From Balanoglossus misakiensis (lineage: Eukaryota > Animalia > Hemichordata), in the NCBI GenBank assembly GCA_040954595.2, contig CM082591.2:11053309-11117308 (forward strand): a stretch of DNA of 64,000 bases, given 5' to 3'. How positions within the stretch are numbered: position 1 is the first letter of the stretch; each line of letters starts with the position of its first letter. This document shows positions 39,883 through 54,800 of this stretch, one piece after another. The translations under genes were made by a program, and so were the position numbers. The notes under the pieces are model-generated. The model was not told where the DNA came from. It saw only the letters and a list, made by a program, of their open reading frames with translations, and searched no databases.

Positions 39883-42800
39883 TTCTTATTCTCATAGGCC
39901 TATCATGTGTTCTGCGAATCACAACAGAATTTTGTAAACAAACGAGGCTGTGTTTGGAAGCAACCATCGAAAGTTTAGAACTATCCGTCGATCTACAGAG
40001 TCTAGTTAAAAGTTTCTTATGCGCATAGACCTATCATGTGTTCTGCGCATCACAACAGAATTTTGTAAACAAACGAGGCTGTGTTTGGAAGCAACCATGG
40101 TAACTTTAGAACTATCCGTCGATCTACAGAGTCTAGTGGAAAACTTTCTTATGCGCATAGGTCTATCGTGTGTTCTGCGCATCACAACAGATTTCCTCAA
40201 ATAAACGAGGCTGTGTTTGGAAGCAACCATGGAAATTTTAGAACTATCCGTCGATCTACAGAGTCTAGTGGAAAACTTTCTTATGCGCATAGGCTTATCT
40301 ATGTGTTCTGCGCATCACAACGGAATTCGGTAAATAAACGAGGGTGTGTTTGGAAGCAACCATGGAAATTTAGAACTATCCATCCAGCTACAGTGGAAAA
40401 CTTCCTTATGCGCATAGGCCTATCATATGTCCTGCGCATCACAACAGAATTCAATTAATAAACGTGGCTGTGTTTGGAAGCAACCATGGAAATTTTAGAA
40501 ATATCCGTCGATCTACAGAGTCTAGTGGAAAACTTTCTTATGCGCATAGACCTATCGGGTGTTCTGCGCATCACAACAGAATTTTGTAAACAAATGAGGC
40601 TGTGTTTGGAAGCATCCATGGAAATTTTAGGACTATCTGTCGAACTACCGAGTCTATCAGAAAACCGCTCATGCGCATAGGTCTATCGAGTGTTCTGCGA
40701 ATCACAACAGATTTCCTCAAATAAACGAGGCTGTGTTTGGAAGCATCCATGGAAATTTTAGAACTATCCGTCGATCTACTGAGTCTAGTGGAAAACTTTC
40801 TTATGCGCATAGGCATATCTATGTGTCCTGCGCATCACAACAGAATTCGGTAAATAAACGAGGGTGTGTTTGGAAGCAACCATGGAAATTTTAGAACTAT
40901 CCGTCCATCTACAGAGTCTAGTGGAAAACTTTCTTATGCGCATAGGCTTATCTATGTGTTCTACGCATCACAACAGAATTTGGTAAATAAACGAGGCTGT
41001 ACCATGGAAAATTTAGAACTATCCATCTATCTACAGAGTCTAGTGGAAAACTTCCTTATGCGCATAGGCCTATCATGTGTCCTGCGCATCACAACAGAAT
41101 TCGGTAAAAAAAACGAGGGTGTGTTTGGAAGCAACCATGGAAATTTTAGAACTATCCGTTCATCTACAGAGTCTAGTGGAAAACTTTCTTATGCGCATAG
41201 GCTTATCTATATGTTCTACGCATCACAACAGAAATCGGTAAATAAACGAGGCTGTGTTTGGAAGCAACCATGGAAATTTTAGAACTATCCGTCCATCTAC
41301 AGAGTCTAGTGGAAAACTTCCTTATGCGCATAGGCCTATCATATGTCCTGCGCATCACAACGGATTTCCTTAAATAAACAAGGCTGTGTTTGGAAGCAAC
41401 CATGGAAATTTTAGAACTATCCGTCGATCTACAGGCTCTAGTGGAAAACTTTCTTATGCGCATAGGCTTATCTATGTGTTCTACGCATCACAACAGAATT
41501 CGGTAAATAAACGAGGCTGTACCATGGAAATTTTAGAACTATCCATCTATCTACAGAGTCTAGTGGAAAACTTTCTTATGCGCATAGACCTATCATGTGT
41601 TCTGCGCATCACAACAGAATTTTGTAAACAAACGAGGCTGTGTTTGGAAGCAACCATGGAAACTTTAGAACTATCCGTCGATCTACAGAGTCTAGTGAAA
41701 AACTTTCTTATGCGCATAGGCCTATCATGTGTTCTGCGCATCACAACAGATTTCCTTATATAAATAAGGCTGTGTTTGGAAGCAACCATGGAAATTTTAG
41801 AACTATCCGTCGATCTACTAAGTCTAGTGGAAAACTTTCTTATGCGCATAGGCATATCTATGTGTTCTACGCATCACAACATAATTCGGTAAATAAACGA
41901 GGCTGTGTTTGGAAGCAACCATGGAAATTTTAGAACTATCCGTCGATCTACTGAGTCTAGTGGAAAACTTCCTTATGCGCTTAGGCCTATCATGTGTCCT
42001 GCGCATCACAACAGATTTCAATTAATAAACGTGGCTGTGTTTGGAAGCAACCATGGAAATTTAGAACTATCCGTCCATCTACAGTGGAAAACTTCCTTAT
42101 GCGCATAGGCCTATCATATGTCCTGCGCATCACAACGGATTTCCTTAAATAAACAAGGCTGTGTTTGGAAGCAACCATGGAAATTTTAGAACTATCCGTC
42201 CATCTACAGAGTCTAGTGGAAAACTTTCTTATGCGCATAGGCTTATCTATGTGTTCTACGCATCACAACAGAATTTGGTAAATAAACGAGGCTGTACCAT
42301 GGAAAATTTAGAACTATCCATCTATCTACAGAGTCTAGTGGAAAACTTCCTTATGCGCATAGGCCTATCATGTGTCCTGCGCATCACAACAGAATTCGGT
42401 AAAAAAAACGAGGGTGTGTTTGGAAGCAACCATGGAAATTTTAGAACTATCCGTTCATCTACAGAGTCTAGTGGAAAACTTTCTTATGCGCATAGGCTTA
42501 TCTATATGTTCTACGCATCACAACAGAAATCGGTAAATAAACGAGGCTGTGTTTGGAAGCAACCATGGAAATTTTAGAACTATCCGTCCATCTACAGAGT
42601 CTAGTGGAAAACTTCCTTATGCGCATAGGCCTATCATGTGTCCTGCGCATCACAACAGAATTCAATTAATAAACGTGGCTGTGTTTGGAAGCAACCATGG
42701 AAATTTAGAACTATCCGTCCAGCTACAGTGGAAAACTTCCTTATGCGCATAGGCCTATCATATGTCCTGCGCATCACAACAGATTTCCTTATATAAATAA

Positions 42801-45800
42801 GGCTGTGTTTGGAAGCAACCATGGAAATTTTAGAACTATCCGTCGATCTACTAAGTCTAGTGGAAAACTTTCTTATGCGCATAGGCATATCTATGTGTTC
42901 TACGCATCACAACATAATTCGGTAAATAAACGAGGCTGTGTTTGGAAGCAACCATGGAAATTTTAGAACTATCCGTCGATCTACTGAGTCTAGTGGAAAA
43001 CTTCCTTATGCGCTTAGGCCTATCATGTGTCCTGCGCATCACAACAGATTTCAATTAATAAACGTGGCTGTGTTTGGTAGCAACCATGGAAATTTAGAAC
43101 TATCCGTCCATCTACAGTGGAAAACTTCCTTATGCGCATAGGCCTATCATATGTCCTGCGCATCACAACGGATTTCCTTAAATAAACAAGGCTGTGTTTG
43201 GAAGCAACCATGGAAATTTTAGAACTATCCGTCGATCTACAGGCTCTAGTGGAAAACTTTCTTATGCGCATAGGCTTATCTATGTGTTCTACGCATCACA
43301 ACAGAATTCGGTAAATAAACGAGGCTGTACCATGGAAATTTTAGAACTATCCATCTATCTACAGAGTCTAGTGGAAAACTTTCTTATGCGCATAGACCTA
43401 TCATGTGTTCTGCGCATCACAACAGAATTTTGTAAACAAACGAGGCTGTGTTTGGAAGCAACCATGGAAACTTTAGAACTATCCGTCGATCTACAGAGTC
43501 TAGTGAAAAACTTTCTTATGCGCATAGGCCTATCATGTGTTCTGCGCATCACAACAGATTTCCTTATATAAATAAGGCTGTGTTTGGAAGCAACCATGGA
43601 AATTTTAGAACTATCCGTCGATCTACTAAGTCTAGTGGAAAACTTTCTTATGCGCATAGGCATATCTATGTGTTCTACGCATCACAACAGAATTCGGTAA
43701 ATAAACGAGGCTGTGTTTGGAAGCAACCATGGAAATTTTAGAACTATCCGTCGATCTACTGAGTCTAGTGGAAAACTTCCTTATGCGCTTAGGCCTATCA
43801 TGTGTCCTGCGCATCACAACAGATTTCAATTAATAAACGTGGCTGTGTTTGGAAGCAACCATGGAAATTTAGAACTATCCGTCCATCTACAGTGGAAAAC
43901 TTCCTTATGCGCATAGGCCTATCATATGTCCTGCGCATCACAACGGATTTCCTTAAATAAACAAGGCTGTGTTTGGAAGCAACCATGGAAATTTTAGAAC
44001 TATCCGTCGATCTACAGGCTCTAGTGGAAAACTTTCTTATGCGCATAGGCTTATCTATGTGTTCTACGCATCACAACAGAATTCGGTAAATAAACGAGGC
44101 TGTACCATGGAAATTTTAGAACTATCCATCTATCTACAGAGTCTAGTGGAAAACTTTCTTATGCGCATAGACCTATCATGTGTTCTGCGCATCACAACAG
44201 AATTTTGTAAACAAACGAGGCTGTGTTTGGAAGCAACCATGGAAACTTTAGAACTATCCGTCGATCTACAGAGTCTAGCGGAAAACTTTCTTATGCGCAT
44301 AGGCCTATCATGTGTTCTGCGCATCACAACAGATTTCCTTAAATAAACAAGGCTATGTTTGGAAGCAACCATGGAAATTTTAGAACTATCCGTCGATCTA
44401 CTGAGTCTAGTGGAAAACTTTCTTATGCGCATAGGCCTATCATGTGTTCTGCACATCACAACAGAATTTTGTAAACAAACGAGGCTATGTTTGGAAGCAA
44501 CCATGGAAACTTTAGAACTATCCGTCGTTCTACAGAGTCTAGTGGAAAACTTTCTTATGCGCATAGACCTATCATGTGTTCTGCGCATCACAACAGAATT
44601 TTGTAAACAAACGAGGCTGTGTTTGGAAGCAACCATGGAAACTTTAGAACTATCCGTCGATCTACTGAGTCTAGTGGAAAACTTCCTTATGCGCTTAGGC
44701 CTATCATGTGTCCTGCGCATCACAACAGATTTCAATTAATAAACGTGGCTGTGTTTGGAAGCAACCATGGAAATTTAGAACTATCCGTCCATCTACAGTG
44801 GAAAACTTCCTTATGCGCATAGGCCTATCATATGTCCTGCGCATCACAACGGATTTCCTTAAATAAACAAGGCTGTGTTTGGAAGCAACCATGGAAATTT
44901 TAGAACTATCCGTCGATCTACAGGCTCTAGTGGAAAACTTTCTTATGCGCATAGGCTTATCTATGTGTTCTACGCATCACAACAGATTTCGGTAAATAAA
45001 CGAGGCTGTACCATGGAAATTTTAGAACTATCCATCTATCTACAGAGTCTAGTGGAAAACTTTCTTATGCGCATAGACCTATCATGTGTTCTGCGCATCA
45101 CAACAGAATTTTGTAAACAAACGAGGCTGTGTTTGGAAGCAACCATGGAAACTTTAGAACTATCCGTCGATCTACAGAGTCTAGTGAAAAACTTTCTTAT
45201 GCGCATAGGCCTATCATGTGTTCTGCGCATCACAACAGATTTCCTTATATAAATAAGGCTGTGTTTGGAAGCAACCATGGAAATTTTAGAACTATCCGTC
45301 GATCTACTAAGTCTAGTGGAAAACTTTCTTATGCGCATAGGCATATCTATGTGTTCTACGCATCAAAACATAATTCGGTAAATAAACGAGGCTGTGTTTG
45401 GAAGCAACCATGGAAATTTTAGAACTATCCGTCGATCTACTGAGTCTAGTGGAAAACTTCCTTATGCGCTTAGGCCTATCATGTGTCCTGCGCATCACAA
45501 CAGATTTCAATTAATAAACGTGGCTGTGTTTGGAAGCAACCATGGAAATTTAGAACTATCCGTCCATCTACAGTGGAAAACTTCCTTATGCGCATAGGCC
45601 TATCATATGTCCTGCGCATCACAACGGATTTCCTTAAATAAACAAGGCTGTGTTTGGCAGCAACCATGGAAATTTTAGAACTATCCGTCGATCTACAGGC
45701 TCTAGTGGAAAACTTTCTTGTGCGCATAGGCTTATCTATGTGTTCTACGCATCACAACAGAATTCGGTAAATAAACGAGGCTGTACCATGGAAATTTTAG

Positions 45801-48800
45801 AACTATCCATCTATCTACAGAGTCTAGTGGAAAACTTTCTTATGCGCATAGACCTATCATTTGTTCTGCGCATCACAACAGAATTTTGTAAACAAACGAG
45901 GCTGTGTTTGGAAGCAACCATGGAAATTTTAGAACTATCCGTCGATCTACAGAGTCTAGTGGAAAACTTTCTTATGCGCATAGACCTATCATGTGTTCTG
46001 CGCATCACAACAGAATTTTGTAAACAAACGAGGCTGTGTTTGGAAGCAACCATGGAAACTTTAGAACTATCCGTCGATCTACAGGGTCTAGTGGAAAACT
46101 TTCTTATGCGCATAGACCTATCATGTGTTCTGCGCATCACAACAGAATTTTGTAAACAAACGAGGCTGTGTTTGGAAGCAACCATGGAAACTTTAGAACT
46201 ATCCGTCGATTTACAGAGTCTAGTGGAAAACTTCCTGATGCGCATAGGCCTATCATATGTCCTGCGCATCACAACAGAATTCAATTAATAAACGTGGCTG
46301 TGTTTGGAAAGAACCATGGAAATTTTAGAACTATCCGTCGATCTACAGAGTCTAGTGGAAAACTTTCTTATGCGCATAGACATATCAGGTGTTCTGCGCA
46401 TAACAACAGAATTTTGTAAACAAAGGAGGCTGTGTTTGGAAGCATCCATGGAAATTTTAGGACTATCTGTCGAACTACCGAGTCTATCAGAAAACTTTCT
46501 CATGCGCATAGGCTTATCTATGTGTTCTACGCATCACAACAGAATTCGGTAAATAAACGAGGCTGTACCATGGAAATTTTAGAACTATCCATCTATCTAC
46601 AGAGTCTAGTGGAAAACTTCCTTATGCGCATAGGCCTATCATGTGTCCTGCGCATCACAACAGAATTCGGTAAAAAAAACGAGGGTGTGTTTGGAAGCAA
46701 CCATGGAAATTTTAGAACTATCCGTTCATCTACAGAGTCTAGTGGAAAACTTTCTTATGCGCATAGGCTTATCTATATGTTCTACGCATCACAACAGAAA
46801 TCGGTAAATAAACGAGGCTGTGTTTGGAAGCAACCATGGAAATTTTAGAACTATCCGTCCATCTACAGAGTCTAGTGGAAAACTTCCTTATGCGCATAGG
46901 CCTATCATGTGTCCTGCGCATCACAACAGAATTCAATTAATAAACGTGGCTGTGTTTGGAAGCAACCATGGAAATTTAGAACTATCCGTCCAGCTACAGT
47001 AGAAAACTTCCTTATGCGCATAGGCCTATCATATGTCCTGCGCATCACAACAGAATTCAATTAATAAACGTGGCTGTGTTTGGAAGCAACCATGGAAATG
47101 TTAGAACTATCCGTCGATCGACAGAGTCTAGTGGAAAACTTTCTTATGCGCATAGACCTATCATGTGTTCTGCGCATCACAACAGAATTTTGTAAACAAA
47201 CGAAGCTGTGTTTGGAAGCAACCATGGAAACTTTAGAACTATCCGTCCATCTACAGAGTCTAGTGGAAAACTTTCTTATGCGCATAGACCTATCATGTGT
47301 TCTGCGCATCACAACAGTATTTTGTAAACAAACGAGGCTGTGTTTGGAAGCAACCATGGAAACTTTAGAACTATCCGTCGATTTACAGAGTCTAGTGGAA
47401 AACTTCCTTATGCGCATAGGCCTATCATATGTCCTGCGCATCACAACAGAATTCAATTAATAAACGTGGCTGTGTTTGGAAAGAACCATGGAAATTTTAG
47501 AACTATCCGTCGATCTACAGAGTCTAGTGGAAAACTTTCTTATGCGCATAGACATATCAGGTGTTCTGCGCATAACAACAGAATTTTGTAAACAAAGGAG
47601 GCTGTGTTTGGAAGCATCCATGGAAATTTTAGGACTATCTGTCGAACTACCGAGTCTATCAGAAAACTTTCACATGCGCATAGGCTTATCTATGTGTTCT
47701 ACGCATCACAACAGAATTCGGTAAATAAACGAGGCTGTACCATGGAAATTTTAGAACTATCCATCTATCTACAGAGTCTAGTGGAAAACTTCCTTATGCG
47801 CATAGACCTATCATGTGTTCTGCGCATCACAACAGAATTTTGTAAACAAACGAAGCTGTGTTTGGAAGCAACCATGGAAACTTTAGAACTATCCGTCCAT
47901 CTACAGAGTCTAGTGGAAAACTTTCTTATGCGCATAGACCTATCATGTGTTCTGCGCATCACAACAGAATTTTGTAAACAAACGAGGGTGTGTTTGGAAG
48001 CAACCATGGAAATTTTAGAACTATCCGTTCATCTACAGAGTCTAGTGGAAAACTTTCTTATGCGCATAGACCTATCATGTGTTCTGCGCATCACAACAGA
48101 ATTTTGTAAACAAACGAAGCTGTGTTTGGAAGCAACCATGGAAACTTTAGAACTATCCGTCCATCTACAGAGTCTAGTGGAAAACTTTCTTATGCGCATA
48201 GACCTATCATGTGTTCTGCGCATCACAACAGAATTTTGTAAACAAACGAGGGTGTGTTTGGAAGCAACCATGGAAACTTTAGAACTATCCGTCGATCTAC
48301 AGAGTCTAGTGGAAAACTTTCTTATGCGCATAGACCTATCATGTGTTCTGCGCATCACAACAGAATTTTGTAAACAAACGAGGGTGTGTTTGGAAGCAAC
48401 CATGGAAACTTTAGAACTATCCGTCGTTCTACATAGTCTAGTGGAAAACTTTCTTATGCGCATAGACCTATCATGTGTTCTGCGCAACACAACAGAATTT
48501 TGTAAACAAACGAAGCTGTGTTTGGAAGCAACCATGGAAACTTTAGAACTATCCGTCCATCTACAGAGTCTAGTGGAAAACTTTCTTATGCGCATAGACC
48601 TATCATGTGTTCTGCGCAACACAACAGAATTTTGTAAACAAACGAAGCTGTGTTTGGAAGCAACCATGGAAACTTTAGAACTATCCGTCCATCTACAGAG
48701 TCTAGTGGAAAACTTTCTTATGCGCATAGACCTATCATGTGTTCTGCGCATCACAACAGAATTTTGTAAACAAACGAGGCTGTGTTTGGAAGCAACCATG

Positions 48801-51800
48801 GAAACTTTAGAACTATCCGTCGATTTACAGAGTCTAGTGGAAAACTTCCTGATGCGCATAGGCCTATCATATGTCCTGCGCATCACAACAGAATTCAATT
48901 AATAAACGTGGCTGTGTTTGGAAAGAACCATGGAAATTTTAGAACTATCCGTCGATCTACAGAGTCTAGTGGAAAACTTTCTTATGCGCATAGACATATC
49001 AGGTGTTCTGCGCATAACAACAGAATTTTGTAAACAAAGGAGGCTGTGTTTGGAAGCATCCATGGAAATTTTAGGACTATCTGTCGAACTACCGAGTCTA
49101 TCAGAAAACTTTCTCATGCGCATAGGCTTATCTATGTGTTCTACGCATCACAACAGAATTCGGTAAATAAACGAGGCTGTACCATGGAAATTTTAGAACT
49201 ATCCATCTATCTACAGAGTCTAGTGAAAAACTTCCTTATGCGCATAGGCCTATCATGTGTCCTGCGCATCACAACAGAATTCGGTAAAAAAACGAGGGTG
49301 TGTTTGGAAGCAACCATGGAAATTTTAGAACTATCCGTTCATCTACAGAGTCTAGTGGAAAACTTTCTTATGCGCATAGACCTATCATGTGTTCTGCGCA
49401 TCACAACAGAATTTTGTAAACAAACGAGGCTGTGTTTGGAAGCAACCATGGAAACTTTAGAACTATCCGTCGATCTACAGGGTCTAGTGGAAAACTTTCT
49501 TATGCGCATAGACCTATCATGTGTTCTGCGCATCACAACAGAATTTTGTAAACAAACGAGGCTGTGTTTGGAAGCAACCATGGAAACTTTAGAACTATCC
49601 GTCGATTTACAGAGTCTAGTGGAAAACTTCCTGATGCGCATAGGCCTATCATATGTCCTGCGCATCACAACAGAATTCAATTAATAAACGTGGCTGTGTT
49701 TGGAAAGAACCATGGAAACTTTAGAACTATCCGTCGATCTACAGAGTCTAGTGGAAAACTTTCTTATGCGCATAGACATATCAGGTGTTCTGCGCATAAC
49801 AACAGAATTTTGTAAACAAAGGAGGCTGTGTTTGGAAGCATCCATGGAAATTTTAGGACTATCTGTCGAACTACCGAGTCTATCAGAAAACTTTCTCATG
49901 CGCATAGGCTTATCTATGTGTTCTACGCATCACAACAGAATTCGGTAAATAAACGAGGCTGTACCATGGAAATTTTAGAACTATCCATCTATCTACAGAG
50001 TCTAGTGGAAAACTTCCTTATGCGCATAGGCCTATCATGTGTCCTGCGCATCACAACAGAATTCGGTAAAAAAAACGAGGGTGTGTTTGGAAGCAACCAT
50101 GGAAATTTTAGAACTATCCGTTCATCTACAGAGTCTAGTGGAAAACTTTCTTATGCGCATAGGCTTATCTATATGTTCTACGCATCACAACAGAAATCGG
50201 TAAATAAACGAGGCTGTGTTTGGAAGCAACCATGGAAATTTTAGAACTATCCGTCCATCTACAGAGTCTAGTGGAAAACTTCCTTATGCGCATAGGCCTA
50301 TCATGTGTCCTGCGCATCACAACAGAATTCAATTAATAAACGTGGCTGTGTTTGGAAGCAACCATGGAAATTTAGAACTATCCGTCCAGCTACAGTAGAA
50401 AACTTCCTTATGCGCATAGGCCTATCATATGTCCTGCGCATCACAACAGAATTCAATTAATAAACGTGGCTGTGTTTGGAAGCAACCATGGAAATTTTAG
50501 AACTATCCGTCGATCGACAGAGTCTAGTGGAAAACTTTCTTATGCGCATAGACCTATCATGTGTTCTGCGCATCACAACAGAATTTTGTAAACAAACGAA
50601 GCTGTGTTTGGAAGCAACCATGGAAACTTTAGAACTATCCGTCCATCTACAGAGTCTAGTGGAAAACTTTCTTATGCGCATAGACCTATCATGTGTTCTG
50701 CGCATCACAACAGTATTTTGTAAACAAACGAGGCTGTGTTTGGAAGCAACCATGGAAACTTTAGAACTATCCGTCGATTTACAGAGTCTAGTGGAAAACT
50801 TCCTTATGCGCATAGGCCTATCATATGTCCTGCGCATCACAACAGAATTCAATTAATAAACGTGGCTGTGTTTGGAAAGAACCATGGAAATTTTAGAACT
50901 ATCCGTCGATCTACAGAGTCTAGTGGAAAACTTTCTTATGCGCATAGACATATCAGGTGTTCTGCGCATAACAACAGAATTTTGTAAACAAAGGAGGCTG
51001 TGTTTGGAAGCATCCATGGAAATTTTAGGACTATCTGTCGAACTACCGAGTCTATCAGAAAACTTTCACATGCGCATAGGCTTATCTATGTGTTCTACGC
51101 ATCACAACAGAATTCGGTAAATAAACGAGGCTGTACCATGGAAATTTTAGAACTATCCATCTATCTACAGAGTCTAGTGGAAAACTTCCTTATGCGCATA
51201 GACCTATCATGTGTTCTGCGCATCACAACAGAATTTTGTAAACAAACGAAGCTGTGTTTGGAAGCAACCATGGAAACTTTAGAACTATCCGTCCCTCTAC
51301 AGAGTCTAGTGGAAAACTTTCTTATGCGCATAGACCTATCATGTGTTCTGCGCATCACAACAGAATTTTGTAAACAAACGAGGGTGTGTTTGGAAGCAAC
51401 CATGGAAATTTTAGAACTATCCGTTCATCTACAGAGTCTAGTGGAAAACTTTCTTATGCGCATAGACCTATCATGTGTTCTGCGCATCACAACAGAATTT
51501 TGTAAACAAACGAAGCTGTGTTTGGAAGCAACCATGGAAACTTTAGAACTATCCGTCCATCTACAGAGTCTAGTGGAAAACTTTCTTATGCGCATAGACC
51601 TATCATGTGTTCTGCGCATCACAACAGAATTTTGTAAACAAACGAGGGTGTGTTTGGAAGCAACCATGGAAACTTTAGAACTATCCGTCGATCTACAGAG
51701 TCTAGTGGAAAACTTTCTTATGCGCATAGACCTATCATGTGTTCTGCGCATCACAACAGAATTTTGTAAACAAACGAGGGTGTGTTTGGAAGCAACCATG

Positions 51801-54800
51801 GAAACTTTAGAACTATCCGTCGTTCTACATAGTCTAGTGGAAAACGTTCTTATGCGCATAGACCTATCATGTGTTCTGCGCATCACAACAGAATTTTGTA
51901 AACAAACGAGGCTGTGTTTGGAAGCAACCATGGAAACTTTAGAACTATCCGTCGATCTACAGAGTCTAGTGGAAAACTTTCTTATGCGCATAGACCTATC
52001 ATGTGTTCTGCGCATCACAACAGAATTTTGTAAACAAACGAGGCTGTGTTTGGAAGCAACCATGGAAACTTTAGAACTATCCGTCGATCTACAGAGTCTA
52101 GTGGAAAACTTTCTTATGCGCATAGACCTGTCATGTGTTCTGCGCAACACAACAGAATTTTGTAAACAAACGAAGCTGTGTTTGGAAGCAACCATGGAAA
52201 CTTTAGAACTATCCGTCCATCTACAGAGTCTAGTGGAAAACTTTCTTATGCGCATAGACCTATCATGTGTTCTGCGCATCACAACAGAATTTTGTAAACA
52301 AACGAGGCTGTGTTTAGAAGCAACCATGGAAACTTTAGAACTATCCGTCGATTTACAGAGTCTAGTGGAAAACTTCCTGATGCGCATAGGCCTATCATAT
52401 GTCCTGCGCATCACAACAGAATTCAATTAATAAACGTGGCTGTGTTTGGAAAGAACCATGGAAATTTTAGAACTATCCGTCGATCTACAGAGTCTAGTGG
52501 AAAACTTTCTTATGCGCATAGACATATCAGGTGTTCTGCGCATAACAACAGAATTTTGTAAACAAAGGAGGCTGTGTTTGGAAGCATCCATGGAAATTTT
52601 AGGACTATCTGTCGAACTACCGAGTCTATCAGAAAACTTTCTCATGCGCATAGGCTTATCTATGTGTTCTACGCATCACAACAGAATTCGGTAAATAAAC
52701 GAGGCTGTACCATGGAAATTTTAGAACTATCCATCTATCTACAGAGTCTAGTGAAAAACTTCCTTATGCGCATAGGCCTATCATGTGTCCTGCGCATCAC
52801 AACAGAATTCGGTAAAAAAACGAGGGTGTGTTTGGAAGCAACCATGGAAATTTTAGAACTATCCGTTCATCTACAGAGTCTAGTGGAAAACTTTCTTATG
52901 CGCATAGACCTATCATGTGTTCTGCGCATCACAACAGAATTTTGTAAACAAACGAAGCTGTGTTTGGAAGCAACCATGGAAACTTTAGAACTATCCGTCC
53001 ATCTACAGAGTCTAGTGGAAAACTTTCTTATGCGCATAGACCTATCATGTGTTCTGCGCATCACAACAGAATTTTGTAAACAAACGAGGGTGTGTTTTGA
53101 AGCAACCATGGAAACTTTAGAACTATCCGTCGATCTACAGAGTCTAGTGGAAAACTTTCTTATGCGCATAGACCTATCATGTGTTCTGCGCATCACAACA
53201 GAATTTTGTAAACAAACGAGGGTGTGTTTGGAAGCAACCATGGAAACTTTAGAACTATCCGTCGTTCTACATAGTCTAGTGGAAAACTTTCTTATGCGCA
53301 TAGACCTATCATGTGTTCTGCGCATCACAACAGAATTTTGTAAACAAACGAGGCTGTGTTTGGAAGCAACCATGGAAACTTTAGAACTATCCGTCGATCT
53401 ACAGAGTCTAGTGGAAAACTTTCTTATGCGCATAGACCTATCATGTGTTCTGCGCATCACAACAGAATTTTGTAAACAAACGAGGCTGTGTTTGGAAGCA
53501 ACCATGGAAACTTTAGAACTATCCGTCGATCTACAGAGTCTAGTGGAAAACTTTCTTATGCGCATAGACCTATCATGTGTTCTGCGCATCACAACAGAAT
53601 TTTGTAAACAAACGAAGCTGTGTTTGGAAGCAACCATGGAAACTTTAGAACTATCCGTCCATCTACAGAGTCTAGTGGAAAACTTTCTTATGCGCATAGA
53701 CCTATCATGTGTTCTGCGCATCACAACAGAATTTTGTAAACAAACGAGGCTGTGTTTGGAAGCAACCATGGAAACTTTAGAACTATCCGTCGATTTACAG
53801 AGTCTAGTGGAAAACTTCCTGATGCGCATAGGCCTATCATATGTCCTGCGCATCACAACAGAATTCAATTAATAAACGTGGCTGTGTTTGGAAAGAACCA
53901 TGGAAATTTTAGAACTATCCGTCGATCTACAGAGTCTAGTGGAAAACTTTCTTATGCGCATAGACATATCAGGTGTTCTGCGCATAACAACAGAATTTTG
54001 TAAACAAAGGAGGCTGTGTTTGGAAGCATCCATGGAAATTTTAGGACTGATAGTCTGTCGAACTACCGAGTCTATCAGAAAACTTTCTCATGCGCATAGG
54101 CTTATCTATGTGTTCTACGCATCGCAACAGAATTCGGTAAATAAACGAGGCTGTACCATGGAAATTTTAGAACTATCCATCTATCTACAGAGTCTAGTGA
54201 AAAACTTCCTTATGCGCATAGGCCTATCATGTGTCCTGCGCATCACAACAGAATTCGGTAAAAAAACGAGGGTGTGTTTGGAAGCAACCATGGAAATTTT
54301 AGAACTATCCGTTCATCTACAGAGTCTAGTGGAAAACTTTCTTATGCGCATAGGCTTATCTATATGTTCTACGCATCACAACAGAAATCGGTAAATAAAC
54401 GAGGCTGTGTTTGGAAGCAACCATGGAAATTTTAGAACTATCCGTCCATCTACAGAGTCTAGTGGAAAACTTCCTTATGCGCATAGGCCTATCATGTGTC
54501 CTGCGCATCACAACAGAATTCAATTAATAAACGTGGCTGTGTTTGGAAGCAACCATGGAAATTTTAGAACTATCCGTCCATCTACAGAGTCTAGTGGAAA
54601 ACTTCCTTATGCGCATAGGCCTATCATGTGTCCTGCGCATCACAACGGAATTCGGTAAATAAACGAGGGTGTGTTTGGAAGCAACCATGGAAATTTAGAA
54701 CTATCCGTCCAGCTACAGTGGAAAACTTCCTTATGCGCATAGGCCTATCATATGTCCTGCGCATCACAACAGAATTCAATTAATAAACGTTGCTGTGTTT

